DNA of 64,000 nucleotides, taken from the NCBI GenBank assembly GCA_020427005.1, contig JAGQOY010000001.1, positions 65,716 through 129,715 on the forward strand. Direction: 5' to 3'. How positions within the stretch are numbered: position 1 is the first letter of the stretch; every line of letters starts with the position of its first letter. The notes beneath the pieces are model-generated. The model ran no database searches and was not told the DNA's origin. It worked only from the letters and a program-made list of their open reading frames with translations. This document shows positions 10,647 to 19,601 of this stretch, piece after piece. Source of the stretch: Planctomycetales bacterium (GTDB lineage Bacteria; Planctomycetota; Planctomycetia; Pirellulales; Pirellulaceae). The position numbers were made by a program, and so were the translations under genes.

Positions 10647-11104
10647 CAGTAATATCTTCGATAGAGGTACTCGCCTGGATTTAGACCGGCTTTGTCGGGA
10701 TTCGATTGGATGTACTGGCGCAAGTATTCGTACTGCTCTGGACTGCGAACGAGGTGATCGAACGGCTCCTGCTGCCAAAAGTGTTCGCAAGATCCGATCA
10801 CTCGGTTTATGCGAAATGCCGTGTAGTGCAACCAGGAATCGAATTGCTTTTCCATGCGTTCAGGTGTGTCGAATGCAGCCAGCAAGTGAACATGGTTTGG
10901 CATGATTACAAAGTCGCCCATCCGGTATCGATCGCCATCAAAGTGCAGCAGCGAATCGGCCACGATTTGAGCTAGCTCTGGTTTTTTCAGCAAGCATGCT
11001 CCGAGGCATTCATCGAGTTTCATTTCACGGCAGCGATTGAAATGAAACTCGAATGGATGCCGCTCCGCATCCGTCAGCAGCGGCAATAGCCTTGACCAAT
11101 GTTG

Positions 11105-11134
11105 ATAGTCGTGGTTCGCTCCGCGAACCAACGC
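11105..11134 (+). repeat. REP family 1 copy inside the RAYT coding sequence
   Basis: Exact 30-bp copy; read as ALVRGANHDY in the RAYT frame. Confidence 0.9.
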
Positions 11135-11220
11135 CTGTTGATTTCTGCAATCGACACTGTCTTGTGGATTTGAGTCGTTAGCATTGTGGCCTGTGGGTGA
11201 TGAACTTGGATTAGTTTCAA

Positions 11221-11249
11221 GCGTTGGCTCGCAGAGTGAACCACGAGTG
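11221..11249 (-). repeat. Degenerate REP family 1 copy inside the RAYT coding sequence, inverted partner of 11105-11134
   Basis: gcgttggctcgcagagtgaaccacgagtg versus consensus gcgttggttcgcggagcgaaccacgacta; read as TRGSLCEPTL in the RAYT frame. Confidence 0.8.
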
Positions 11250-11441
11250 CCGAGTACACGCACAATCCAAGTTTGTTTTTCGCTATCCCAGCGTGTGAGG
11301 ACTTCCTTTGGGATGGAGTCCACTGTACGAAAAGTCACAAAGACGATTGCGCCCGCTTGAGACCAGTGCGGCCGCAATCGTTCATGAACAAGGACTTCCG
11401 CTTTCGGGTCAAACAGTTCTCCAAGCACCGTTAGCCTCTTA

Positions 11442-11689
11442 ATAGTCGTGGTTCGCTCCGCGAACCAACGCTTCTTAAATCAACACTCCTCCCACGCTCC
11501 AACTCGCCGATGCTCTTCCAGTCAGGATTTCTCCGCTAATACAAACTAGTTTTTTCAAAGCGTTTGCAGTATCCAGACTGTGCGGGATGGACAGCGTTCG
11601 GGCGGTTCGCAAGGTTATAGCATACTGCAAATTGAATGCTGAGATGCAATTGTTAGGAGGCGTTGGTTCGCGGAGCGAACCACGACTAT
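11442..11689. repeat. Inverted REP doublet (REPIN-like) upstream of RAYT: arms 11442-11471 and 11660-11689
   Basis: Two exact 30-bp copies in inverted orientation, separated by a 188-nt spacer. Confidence 0.9.
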
Positions 11690-12089
11690 TTTGCACTCCA
11701 CACGAATACGCTTCCACGCTGATTTTTGACTGAGTAGCATCAACGGAAAATTAAGAGATTTCAGATTATTCGCCAAGCGAAGAATCCTTGAACAGTGAAG
11801 CAGTTAGGCTAGCTTTCTTTAGGTGTAGGTTGGCAAATTCAATGCTACTTTTAGATTCGAAACAAGCAGCAATTGGCACCAGTTCATTATGAGAGCGGTC
11901 GTCCGGATAACGACGAAATCGCTAAACGCGATCAGGACTTTGATACTGCTGGCGATGATGCGTCTAAGATTCGCCGGCTGGGCATTTGCGATTCATAGGA
12001 ATAGACATGTTGGAGTACACGGCCGAATTAAACTAAGTTAGACTACTTTTGGTGTACGAAAAAGAAGTGCGATTCTGAACAGCAGACTA

Positions 12090-13754
12090 GTGGCCTGCAT
12101 TGCAGGGAACGCGAGATTAAGAGGCATGAAAGCGATGAGAGTAATGCAACGTCGATCGTTTGTCGCTAAATCTGTATATACCGCTTTCGGTTCCGCTTTA
12201 GCAGCACAAGCCAACAACGTTTATGGTTCGGAGACGGAGGAATACGAATACATTGTAGTTGGTGCTGGTTCATCTGGCTGTGTGCTGGCCAACAGGTTGA
12301 GTGCTGTCGGAAAACGAGTGTTGTTGTTGGAAGCTGGTGGAAAAGACGATGATGAAATGATCTTTGACTTCAGAAATTTCAGCGATTTGCAAGGGACGAA
12401 GTTTGATTGGCAATACAAGACCGAAGAAGAGCACAATCTAGGTGGCCGAACGATTGCGTGGCCACGTGGGAAGGTACTGGGAGGAAGTAGCGCCATAAAC
12501 GCTATGATCTATATTCGGGGGCATCGTTTTGACTACGATTCCTGGGGATACTTTGGGAACGCTGGCTGGAGCTACGATGAGCTGTTACCGCTATTCAAAC
12601 ATTCGGAGAAGAATGCGAATTTTTCAGACCAGTATCACGGCACGGAAGGGCTGCTTAACGTTGCCAGATCACCTTTGGAGGAAAACCCGATTGGCATAGC
12701 TTTCCTTTCTGCTGCAGAAGAATGTGGTTTTAAGAGCTCGCCTCTGTGGGATTTCAACGGGAAGAACCAAGAGGGCGTGGCCAGCTACTACCAACACACT
12801 GTGAAGAATGGTAGAAGGCACAGTACTGCGAGCGCGTTCTTAACGCCATTCCTTGAAGAGTTTAGCGGCAATCTTGCCGTGCGAACGATGGCATTTGTGA
12901 CGAAGATACTCTTGAATGCGACCAACAAAGCAACAGGAGTCCAATACTTTGACGCTAAACGTGAACAGCTTTGTGAGGTCCATTCAAGGGAAACAATTCT
13001 ATGTGCTGGTTCGATAGACTCACCCCAGCTACTCATGCTATCGGGGATTGGCCCAGCAAAGCATTTGAATTCCGTGGGTGTCGAAGTGAAAGTAGGCCTT
13101 CCAGGTGTCGGCAAGAATCTAGTCGATCATCCAGTCTTAGTGGACGACTATCCGAGCAATATTCAGTTTAATGGGGCAATCCCTTGCGGCGGGTTGTTCG
13201 TTCGTAGTAAACATTGCCCTGTATCCGCAAGTCCGGATCTTCAATTTCACCCTTATGGCTTTAGCAATCCAACTGGCGAGTCACGGTTCGGCTTTTTGCC
13301 GACGCTTGTCCGTCCCAAAAGTGTTGGCAGGATTCTTCTGGCGAACAACGATCCTCGGGCAGCTCCTAAGATTTTTGCGAACTATCTATCGAGTCGCTCT
13401 GATATGCACATTCTGGCCGAAGGTGTAAAACTGTCCCAAGAATTTGCCAATGCCAAATCGTTCGAAGGTTTGCTTGGTTCGGAAGCGAATTTGAAGAAGA
13501 AAGAAGTCACTCAATCGACCATTGAGGACTACATTCGCCGAAACCTTTCGACGCTCTATCATCCAGTCGGAACTTGCAAGATGGGTAACGATGCCAGTGC
13601 TGTGGTGGATGCGCATCTCCGCGTCCATGGCGTCGAGGGACTTCGAGTCGCAGATGCGTCCATTATGCCTTCGATCGTCAACGGTAATACTAACGCGGCC
13701 TGCATCATGATCGGCGAAAAGGCCGCTCGGTTGCTTCTTTCAAGTTCTAATTAG
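12090..13754 (+). CDS. GMC oxidoreductase (choline dehydrogenase/BetA-like family) with twin-arginine leader; likely start near 12135
   Basis: FAD-binding [33 protein letters not shown], catalytic YHPVGT and GNTNAAC; QRRSFV at the N-terminus. Confidence 0.9.
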   Translation: MACIAGNARLRGMKAMRVMQRRSFVAKSVYTAFGSALAAQANNVYGSETEEYEYIVVGAGSSGCVLANRLSAVGKRVLLLEAGGKDDDEMIFDFRNFSDLQGTKFDWQYKTEEEHNLGGRTIAWPRGKVLGGSSAINAMIYIRGHRFDYDSWGYFGNAGWSYDELLPLFKHSEKNANFSDQYHGTEGLLNVARSPLEENPIGIAFLSAAEECGFKSSPLWDFNGKNQEGVASYYQHTVKNGRRHSTASAFLTPFLEEFSGNLAVRTMAFVTKILLNATNKATGVQYFDAKREQLCEVHSRETILCAGSIDSPQLLMLSGIGPAKHLNSVGVEVKVGLPGVGKNLVDHPVLVDDYPSNIQFNGAIPCGGLFVRSKHCPVSASPDLQFHPYGFSNPTGESRFGFLPTLVRPKSVGRILLANNDPRAAPKIFANYLSSRSDMHILAEGVKLSQEFANAKSFEGLLGSEANLKKKEVTQSTIEDYIRRNLSTLYHPVGTCKMGNDASAVVDAHLRVHGVEGLRVADASIMPSIVNGNTNAACIMIGEKAARLLLSSSN

Positions 13755-14054
13755 TTCGGCCAACAATTCTTTTGGAAGGGGCCGTTTGATATAGCCAACA
13801 ACTGTGCTTCCATTTCGATCCGACGGACATCTCAAAGGTTACGTTTGGGTTTCAATTCCGATTGAGGTCGTCACCGAATTAAGTGTGGTCTCGACAAATT
13901 TCTTTCTGAATTCTGGCGGTATTCATCCCCAGAAAATGCACCTGGAGAAGATGCAGGATTCCTGATTTTCGTAATTTCGTGAGACATCTGCGATTAGCTT
14001 GCGCATTAGGTATTGGTGTAACAATCGATTCCAATTTTTGCAACGAGGTCTACG

Positions 14055-14852
14055 ATGCCTAATCCAACTTATCACGTGGTTGTTTTCCGACTTGCCGTGG
14101 CGCTTGCTTTTGTCCCTTTGAACTGCCGCGTAGGCGTTACCCAGACTGTTCAGAAACTCGAGGGAACATACCTTGGCATCACCACCAACCTGGAGGCAGC
14201 TCGGCCACTTTCGGCTTCGATGCTCATTGACTCCCAAGAGAACCGGCAATTCGATGGTCTGCTGGACATCGAAGCTGAGGACGGTATCGGAACGCTATAC
14301 AAATCTGTGATCGGAACCATTGCGGCCAGCGGAAATTGTGTTATCCAGGCGGATGGTTTGGATGGGAAATCTGTTCTTTCGCTCGATTGGACAAAAATCG
14401 ATTCCGCTGGACTGTTGGTCGGCAAGGTGGTGATCAATCACGAGGAGCAATTTCGCCCCCTGGCCCTGCTACGACCATTCAGCGATCTGAGCGTAAACTG
14501 GGGAGGTGGCGTTACTATCTCAATGCCAGTGAAATTCATGAGCGCATTCACGGGCAAAGTATCTGAATTGCCGTTGCAGATCACCGGCGGCACCATCGGA
14601 GTAATGGAAGCAGAGTATATCGAGCAGGAAACCTTGATGCGAATGCTTCTCACGACGAATCGAGACGGGCATTTTGCTGGAATTTCGGTCACCGAATCCA
14701 GCACTTATGTTCTGGAGGGTCAAGTAAAGTTCGATGACTTTGGGAATCCAGGAACACTGCTCGGGAGCTATTCCAATTTCTCAATCACCGGCAAGTTGAT
14801 CGACGCCGGAAGTGTTGAGCTTTGGACCTCATTCGAGGAGACTGAGAAGTAG
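14055..14852 (+). CDS. Hypothetical exported beta-rich protein
   Basis: 265-aa ORF with a hydrophobic N-terminal leader and a Gly/beta-strand-rich body; no recognised family. Confidence 0.6.
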   Translation: MPNPTYHVVVFRLAVALAFVPLNCRVGVTQTVQKLEGTYLGITTNLEAARPLSASMLIDSQENRQFDGLLDIEAEDGIGTLYKSVIGTIAASGNCVIQADGLDGKSVLSLDWTKIDSAGLLVGKVVINHEEQFRPLALLRPFSDLSVNWGGGVTISMPVKFMSAFTGKVSELPLQITGGTIGVMEAEYIEQETLMRMLLTTNRDGHFAGISVTESSTYVLEGQVKFDDFGNPGTLLGSYSNFSITGKLIDAGSVELWTSFEETEK

Positions 14853-15159
14853 TCGTCAGCCCTCAAGAAATTAAGACTTTTCTGCAAATTGGATTCGCAA
14901 AAACGTAATGTATTGTCCAAGTACGGAGCTATCAAACGTGCATGTGGTGGTGTCTTGACTACTATTAACCTAGTTAGTCATGCGATGTATGTAACCGGTA
15001 CAAAAGCGAGTCCAATTGCTCACGCAGTAGAGTTGTGTAAGTCCTCGGATGACGAGTCTTTTGCCAGAAACTGCCGGTGTCGCATATACTGGCTCGCCGA
15101 TGTCTGATTTAGAAACCTGTTCAAACGTCTTTCCAAGCTTGAACACTTGAGCGTTGCCG

Positions 15160-15371
15160 GATGAATCAATCGTCTACTATTGAATGCAATACAAGATGAT
15201 AGAGATTGGGCATAAACTGTTGGCAGTAGAGATCGACCTGGTGAATCTTCAGTCCTTTGTGCAGGATCCGCTCGAAGCTTCGTAGTCCGTATCCTTCTTC
15301 AAGATTTCGGCGCGCATGTTTGCACGTTTCAGGGCGTAATAGAGTCCGCCCGCTTCGTCAGCTCGTGGCAT
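15160..15371 (-). pseudogene. RAYT/Y1 transposase remnant 1 (N-terminal part, frameshifted)
   Basis: Manual translation gives MPRADEAGGLYYALKRANMRAEILKKDTDYEA, then a 1-nt loss, then ERILHKGLKIHQVDLYCQQFMPNLYHLVL (degenerate MPNHxH motif). Confidence 0.7.
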
Positions 15372-15612
15372 GCCGAGTGCATAACAAACCCAAATTTCAA
15401 ATCAAGAATGATCAATCCTGGCAACTGAATTTGGAAGCGGATATGAATCGAAGCAACCAATTAGCTGCTTCGATTATGGGTGGTGTATTAAAAGTCAATT
15501 TACATTTGCTAAACTTGCGGTTTGGTTTGCTGACCTATTTCCATGAAGTACGTGTGGTTGATAGCTTTAGTCGAATCGTGAATGGGTACAGGGAAGAATA
15601 GCTTGACCTTTC

Positions 15613-15684
15613 AAACACTGAGTCACAGAGGGCACGGCGAATTCTCCCGCGCATCATCTCTGTGAGCTCCGTGCCTCCGTGTTT
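15613..15684. repeat. Imperfect inverted repeat of CACAGAG/CACGGAG type (REP/MITE-like)
   Basis: aaacactgagtcacagagggcacgg ... ctctgtgagctccgtgcctccgtgttt. Confidence 0.55.
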
Positions 15685-15771
15685 CAAAACCTCGATGCCG
15701 AACATCGCCCCGGCCCGCAACGAAAGCATACTACGAACCAGTCCCATTCACTCTCTATTTGTCGCCGCCAG

Positions 15772-16204
15772 ATCGAGTAGGGTGAGCCACGGGGATCATC
15801 CGTGACTCAGCCCTCTCACAGAACCGTACGTACGGGTCCGTATACGGCTCCTGTTTCAAGTAATCTCAATGAAGTAGGGGCAAAACTCCGGTTTCGACTG
15901 TGGTCAGATCGAAGAGGCCAAGTTCGTTGAACCATGCAATGGGCATGGACCAACTGGCGAGGGGACTCCGCGAGCTACGCCAGCGACGCATGCGGATTTT
16001 CTGGAACTCGCCTTGATAGCCCAACTGCCACAGGCGGCGGTGTAGGCGACTCGGTCGTTTCCAGAGTGCAAGTTGCTTGGCGCGTAACCGCCGTCGTATC
16101 CACGTCATCAAGTCGCGAAACAGCCCTTTGCAGTTGGCCATCTTGAAATAGTTCGCAAAGCCTCGTAGCACTGGGTTCAGGTCCGCAAGGATCTGGGATA
16201 GCAT
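15772..16204 (-). mobile_element. 3' fragment of a group II intron (class C-like): maturase X-domain remnant plus RNA domains V and VI
   Basis: Domain V GAGCCGTATACGGACCCGTACGTACGGTTCTGTGAGAGG (15850-15812), domain VI hairpin ending CCCTACTCGAT at 15772, and the maturase ORF tail immediately upstream. No RT domain or 5' intron end is visible. Confidence 0.88.
15866..16204 (-). pseudogene. Group II intron maturase-specific (X) domain fragment, 112 aa
   Basis: LNPVLRGFANYFKMA...WIRRRLRAKQLALWK...WFNELGLFDL; in-frame stop about 8 codons upstream; RT domains absent. Confidence 0.85.
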
Positions 16205-16209
16205 TGCAC

Positions 16210-16660
16210 AGTCTGGTGAAACGATTCAACCATCCATGGAGCAACAGCAAGTCCTCGACGGAAGACTGGATGAACTCGAACGGTTTCCCGAACGTCTTAC
16301 CGAAGCAAACGAAGCTATTCGAGAACTAATGGATGAGTAATGCCAAAACGCGTCGTCTTGATTCATTCGGCGAAAATCGCTTAACGCGAAACGCGACTCT
16401 GGCTTATGTATATCGTCGAGAAAACAAAGGGGTCAGGCGTCTTTGTTTTGGTTTGGAGAATGGAAGCGGAATCGAGGACGCATCATGTGAGTACCTCCAG
16501 CCAATGAATCAACTCATTTCACCGTTGCCAGTTCGACGTGTCAACCTTCAGGACTTCGTGCAGGATCCGCTCTAGGCTTCGTAGTACGCATCCTTCTGAA
16601 GGATTTCGGCGCGCATGTTGGCAAGATGCGGGGCGTGATAGGAGAAAACAAACAAGAAGA
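16210..16660 (-). pseudogene. RAYT/Y1 transposase remnant 2 (internally deleted, frameshifted)
   Basis: Fragments SYHAPHLANMRAEILQKDAYYEA / ERILHEVLK / GEMS*FIGW-GTHMMR; about 80% nucleotide identity to remnant 1 over about 100 bp by manual alignment. Confidence 0.65.
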
Positions 16661-16714
16661 AATTGTGCCGACAATTGCGATCTCCATCGATGCAAGCATG
16701 GAGGAAACCAGAAG

Positions 16715-16763
16715 ACCCTCCCCGACCGCATTGCGGTCGACCCTCCCGAATTTTCGGGAGGGT
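16715..16763 (+). repeat. REP-like double hairpin, family 2
   Basis: GACCGC-ATT-GCGGTC followed by ACCCTCCCGA-ATTT-TCGGGAGGGT; related copies near 24968, 52714 and 60806. Confidence 0.7.
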
Positions 16764-16926
16764 AAGTTGCATTCCGTGCAAGATTAAGAAAATGTCCAGG
16801 TTAGTTGCGAAGATCGCGCATCAGCATCTTTCGTTCCGAATAAGTTTTTCTCAGGTCTCCGTAGAGACCCCTAGGGGGCTCCGAGCAAGAGTAAAGCAAT
16901 GACAGGGCAGCGTTCACTTAGAAGAG

Positions 16927-17916
16927 TCACTTTGGTTCATCGTCAGCCTCACCGGTGACTGCGGTGGCGGTAGCGTAAATGATCAGCCGTGGTTTCTCCG
17001 ATGCACCCGAGTACAAGAAAATAGTTTCACCTTCGCGGTGGAACTCGCCTCCACGATAACGATTGCCAACCGGAGAGTCGGGTACGGGATCGATGAGCAC
17101 ATAACGCTCGCCGCCGTCACCCACAGGAGTGAATCGGTTGTCTATTTCCACGTATTTGAGAAGGCCGCCTCGGTAGCCGCTGTGGTCTGCGTAAACAATG
17201 AACTTCCTCCCCTGCCACTGGAGCAACGAGGGGCAATAGAGGTCGTTGCCTTCGCCCTCGATAGGTTCCACCAAAGGAGTCCGCAACTGAGTCCAGTTGG
17301 TGCCGTTCTTAGAATGAGCCAACCATACGCAACGGATGCCTCGCTGCTCGAAGAATCCGGAGTAGAGCATGATGTATTTGCTGCCGAATTGTTCGAGTGG
17401 ATACTCGTAGGTGCGGGTGTACGTCGCGTTGCGTGTGCCGATGTTCTTGGCTGTGATGCTGACGCTGTGGTAATTGAAATGAATTCCATCCGGGCTAGTC
17501 CACATCTCGGTTTGAGAATTTTTTCGGTGCCCCCAGATATGGAATCGGCCCGTTTCCTCGAACCATCGAATATCGGGAATGGCCGCAGCTTCGATCAGCG
17601 GGTTGTCTCTATATTCCGTCCATGGCCCTTCGATGCTGTCGGAATACGCGAGACCGATCCCGGCATGCTTGTGGGGTGAGTAGTAGAGGTAATATTTACC
17701 AAGTGGGTTCGCAATACGTCCGTCCATTTTGATAATCGAGGCGCGCTCCAATTCACCCGTGGGAGCAAAGGTGAGGTTCTTTCCTTCTAGCGCAATTCCT
17801 TTGAACGTGAATTTCGGTAAGGGGCCCTCGCCACTTATGGCGATTGAGATTGCAAATAGGTAGCTAGAGCAAAGCGTTATAAGACTAAAGATATTGATAT
17901 TCATTTGTCTGTTCAC
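16927..17916 (-). CDS. Exported glycoside hydrolase-like beta-propeller protein (GH43/GH130/GH32-type five-bladed clan)
   Basis: Signal peptide; repeated blades GKYYLYYSP...IGLAYSDSIEGPW...NPLI and KYIMLYSG...VWLAHSKNGTNW...PLVEP. Confidence 0.7.
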   Translation of the reverse strand: MNRQMNINIFSLITLCSSYLFAISIAISGEGPLPKFTFKGIALEGKNLTFAPTGELERASIIKMDGRIANPLGKYYLYYSPHKHAGIGLAYSDSIEGPWTEYRDNPLIEAAAIPDIRWFEETGRFHIWGHRKNSQTEMWTSPDGIHFNYHSVSITAKNIGTRNATYTRTYEYPLEQFGSKYIMLYSGFFEQRGIRCVWLAHSKNGTNWTQLRTPLVEPIEGEGNDLYCPSLLQWQGRKFIVYADHSGYRGGLLKYVEIDNRFTPVGDGGERYVLIDPVPDSPVGNRYRGGEFHREGETIFLYSGASEKPRLIIYATATAVTGEADDEPK

Positions 17917-18044
17917 TTGTCATGGGCTGTAGTCTCTGACTTCGTGGTCAGCGGAGAACGAGTCGCACCTACGTAAAGCGTGTGTCTTCAAGAAAATCAT
18001 GGATCAAATGGGCGAAGTGACGTTACTCTGATATGAACTTTGCT

Positions 18045-19562
18045 CTAATCTTGCGCGCCGGGGCCAAAGGAACCTTGGTCGGCGAGGTTGGATGGGTCAT
18101 ATTTCTGAATCTCGGGATCGGCGTTTGGATTCGGCTTTGGAAAGTATGCTCCGGCTGCGGTCAAATGATCCATCATCGTCTGAAACAAGGCGTGCGACGC
18201 ATCGGGGTGACCAGTGGCGATATTACTTTGCTCGCCAAGATCCGAGTTCAGATCGTAATAGAACTGCGAGTCGGGCCATTCGTAGAAATAAAGCAATTTG
18301 TGGTCGCCAGCGATAATCGCTGAACTGGGCGGCGAGACGCGATAATGCGGATAATGAAAGTAAAGTGGTCGTTTTACCAAGTTCTCATGGACCGGCTGAC
18401 CGAGCAGAACCGGTTTGAGGCTCACGCCATCCACATCCCTCGGAATCTGACTGGAGATGCCCGCAAGATCTGCAATCGTTGGCAGCCAATCGTAGCCTAC
18501 GACGTTCATCGCGCTGCGCGTACTGCTAGGCACTCCAGGTCCGCAAACGATAAGCGGTACTCGCAATCCACCATCCCAAATCCACCACTTGCCGCCTCGT
18601 AGCGGTGCCTGTCCTTCATTCCAGTCTTGATGGCCATTATCCGACGTAAAAATGACAAAGGTATTGTCAGCGATGCCAAGTTCATCCAGTTTATCCAATA
18701 CCTGGCCGATCGACGTGTCGAGATCGTCGGTCATAGCCGCTGAGAGCTGTGAATTTGCCTGCTCGCGTTTGACCGCGATCTGTTGGAACACCTGATTGTT
18801 CTGATATTTCTCCAGGGTTGCTGTGCGTGCCTGATACTGGCCGTGATTGGCGTAGTGAGATAGTTGAACGAAGAAGGGTTTGCCGGCTTGGGCCTGCCGT
18901 TCGATAAAATCTATGCTTCGCTTCGTGATACTGAACATGAACTTGGGATCTTCCGACGTATTTGTCTTTTCGCCAGTGGCAGCATCAATCGGACGGAAAG
19001 TCTTGTTGTCGGTTTCGCCGTCGCTCTCGTCGTAGCCGTGCTTGTCTGGGCCGCCGCCGTACAAATGCCACTTGCCAAAATGTGCCGTAGCGTAGCCAGC
19101 CTGCTTCAGCACGTCGCCGATAGACGTGTGCCGAATATTTCCTTGTGGCTCAGGGCACAACAGCGGCAGCGTGGCATCTTTCCCGCGGCTGAGATACTCG
19201 ACGGTCCCATCGGTCTTGTCACCAAATCCTCCATTGCCGCTATAAAGATGGCGCGCAGTCATCATGCCAGTCTGAATCGAGCATCGCGAAGGAGCGCACA
19301 TTCCAGCCGCAGCGCGGGCGTTGCGGAAGACCATCCCCTGCCTCGCGAGCTTTTCGACATTTGGCATTTCGAGATAAGCCATGGCCGAGCCGGGATTGTC
19401 CGCGTCCATGCACACTGAAGTACCGTACCAGGGCATGTCATCAATCAGGATAAATACAATGTTTGGTTTCAGTTGTTGGTCAGCGTGCGATGGACGCATC
19501 GGCGTAAAGACACAACACATAAGGCTGCAGATGGCTGCGATTCGCATTGGATTCATCGTCAT
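18045..19562 (-). CDS. Sulfatase (formylglycine-dependent, arylsulfatase A-like)
   Basis: PNIVFILIDD, CAPSR, GKWHL, FTSDNG, LRGGK. Confidence 0.92.
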   Translation of the reverse strand: MTMNPMRIAAICSLMCCVFTPMRPSHADQQLKPNIVFILIDDMPWYGTSVCMDADNPGSAMAYLEMPNVEKLARQGMVFRNARAAAGMCAPSRCSIQTGMMTARHLYSGNGGFGDKTDGTVEYLSRGKDATLPLLCPEPQGNIRHTSIGDVLKQAGYATAHFGKWHLYGGGPDKHGYDESDGETDNKTFRPIDAATGEKTNTSEDPKFMFSITKRSIDFIERQAQAGKPFFVQLSHYANHGQYQARTATLEKYQNNQVFQQIAVKREQANSQLSAAMTDDLDTSIGQVLDKLDELGIADNTFVIFTSDNGHQDWNEGQAPLRGGKWWIWDGGLRVPLIVCGPGVPSSTRSAMNVVGYDWLPTIADLAGISSQIPRDVDGVSLKPVLLGQPVHENLVKRPLYFHYPHYRVSPPSSAIIAGDHKLLYFYEWPDSQFYYDLNSDLGEQSNIATGHPDASHALFQTMMDHLTAAGAYFPKPNPNADPEIQKYDPSNLADQGSFGPGAQD

Positions 19563-19601
19563 ACGGAAGGCCTGATCATTTGATTGATTCGGTGCATGTG
19601 A

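Larger units (their letters stand above)
10646..11428 (-). mobile_element. rayT: REP-associated tyrosine transposase (RAYT, Y1_Tnp/HUH family), 260 aa
   Basis: N-terminal FVTFRT, HUH motif FVIMPNHVHLL, FWQQEPFDHLVR and the catalytic Tyr helix YIQSNP. AAGAGG ribosome-binding site before the GTG start. Flanked by REP hairpins. Confidence 0.9.

Noticed and set aside
10617-11689. Repeated 30-bp palindromic units as a CRISPR array
   Set aside because: The copies alternate in orientation, spacing is irregular (86-460 nt), there are no cas genes, and a RAYT explains them.
15446-15475. 10-bp perfect hairpin AATCGAAGCA/TGCTTCGATT as a terminator
   Set aside because: It has no U-tract on either strand, is not positioned after an intact gene, and occurs once.
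15772-16204. Functional retroelement, retron or DGR
   Set aside because: No reverse-transcriptase domain (no YADD-type motif) is present in the window; only a maturase tail and domains V-VI remain.
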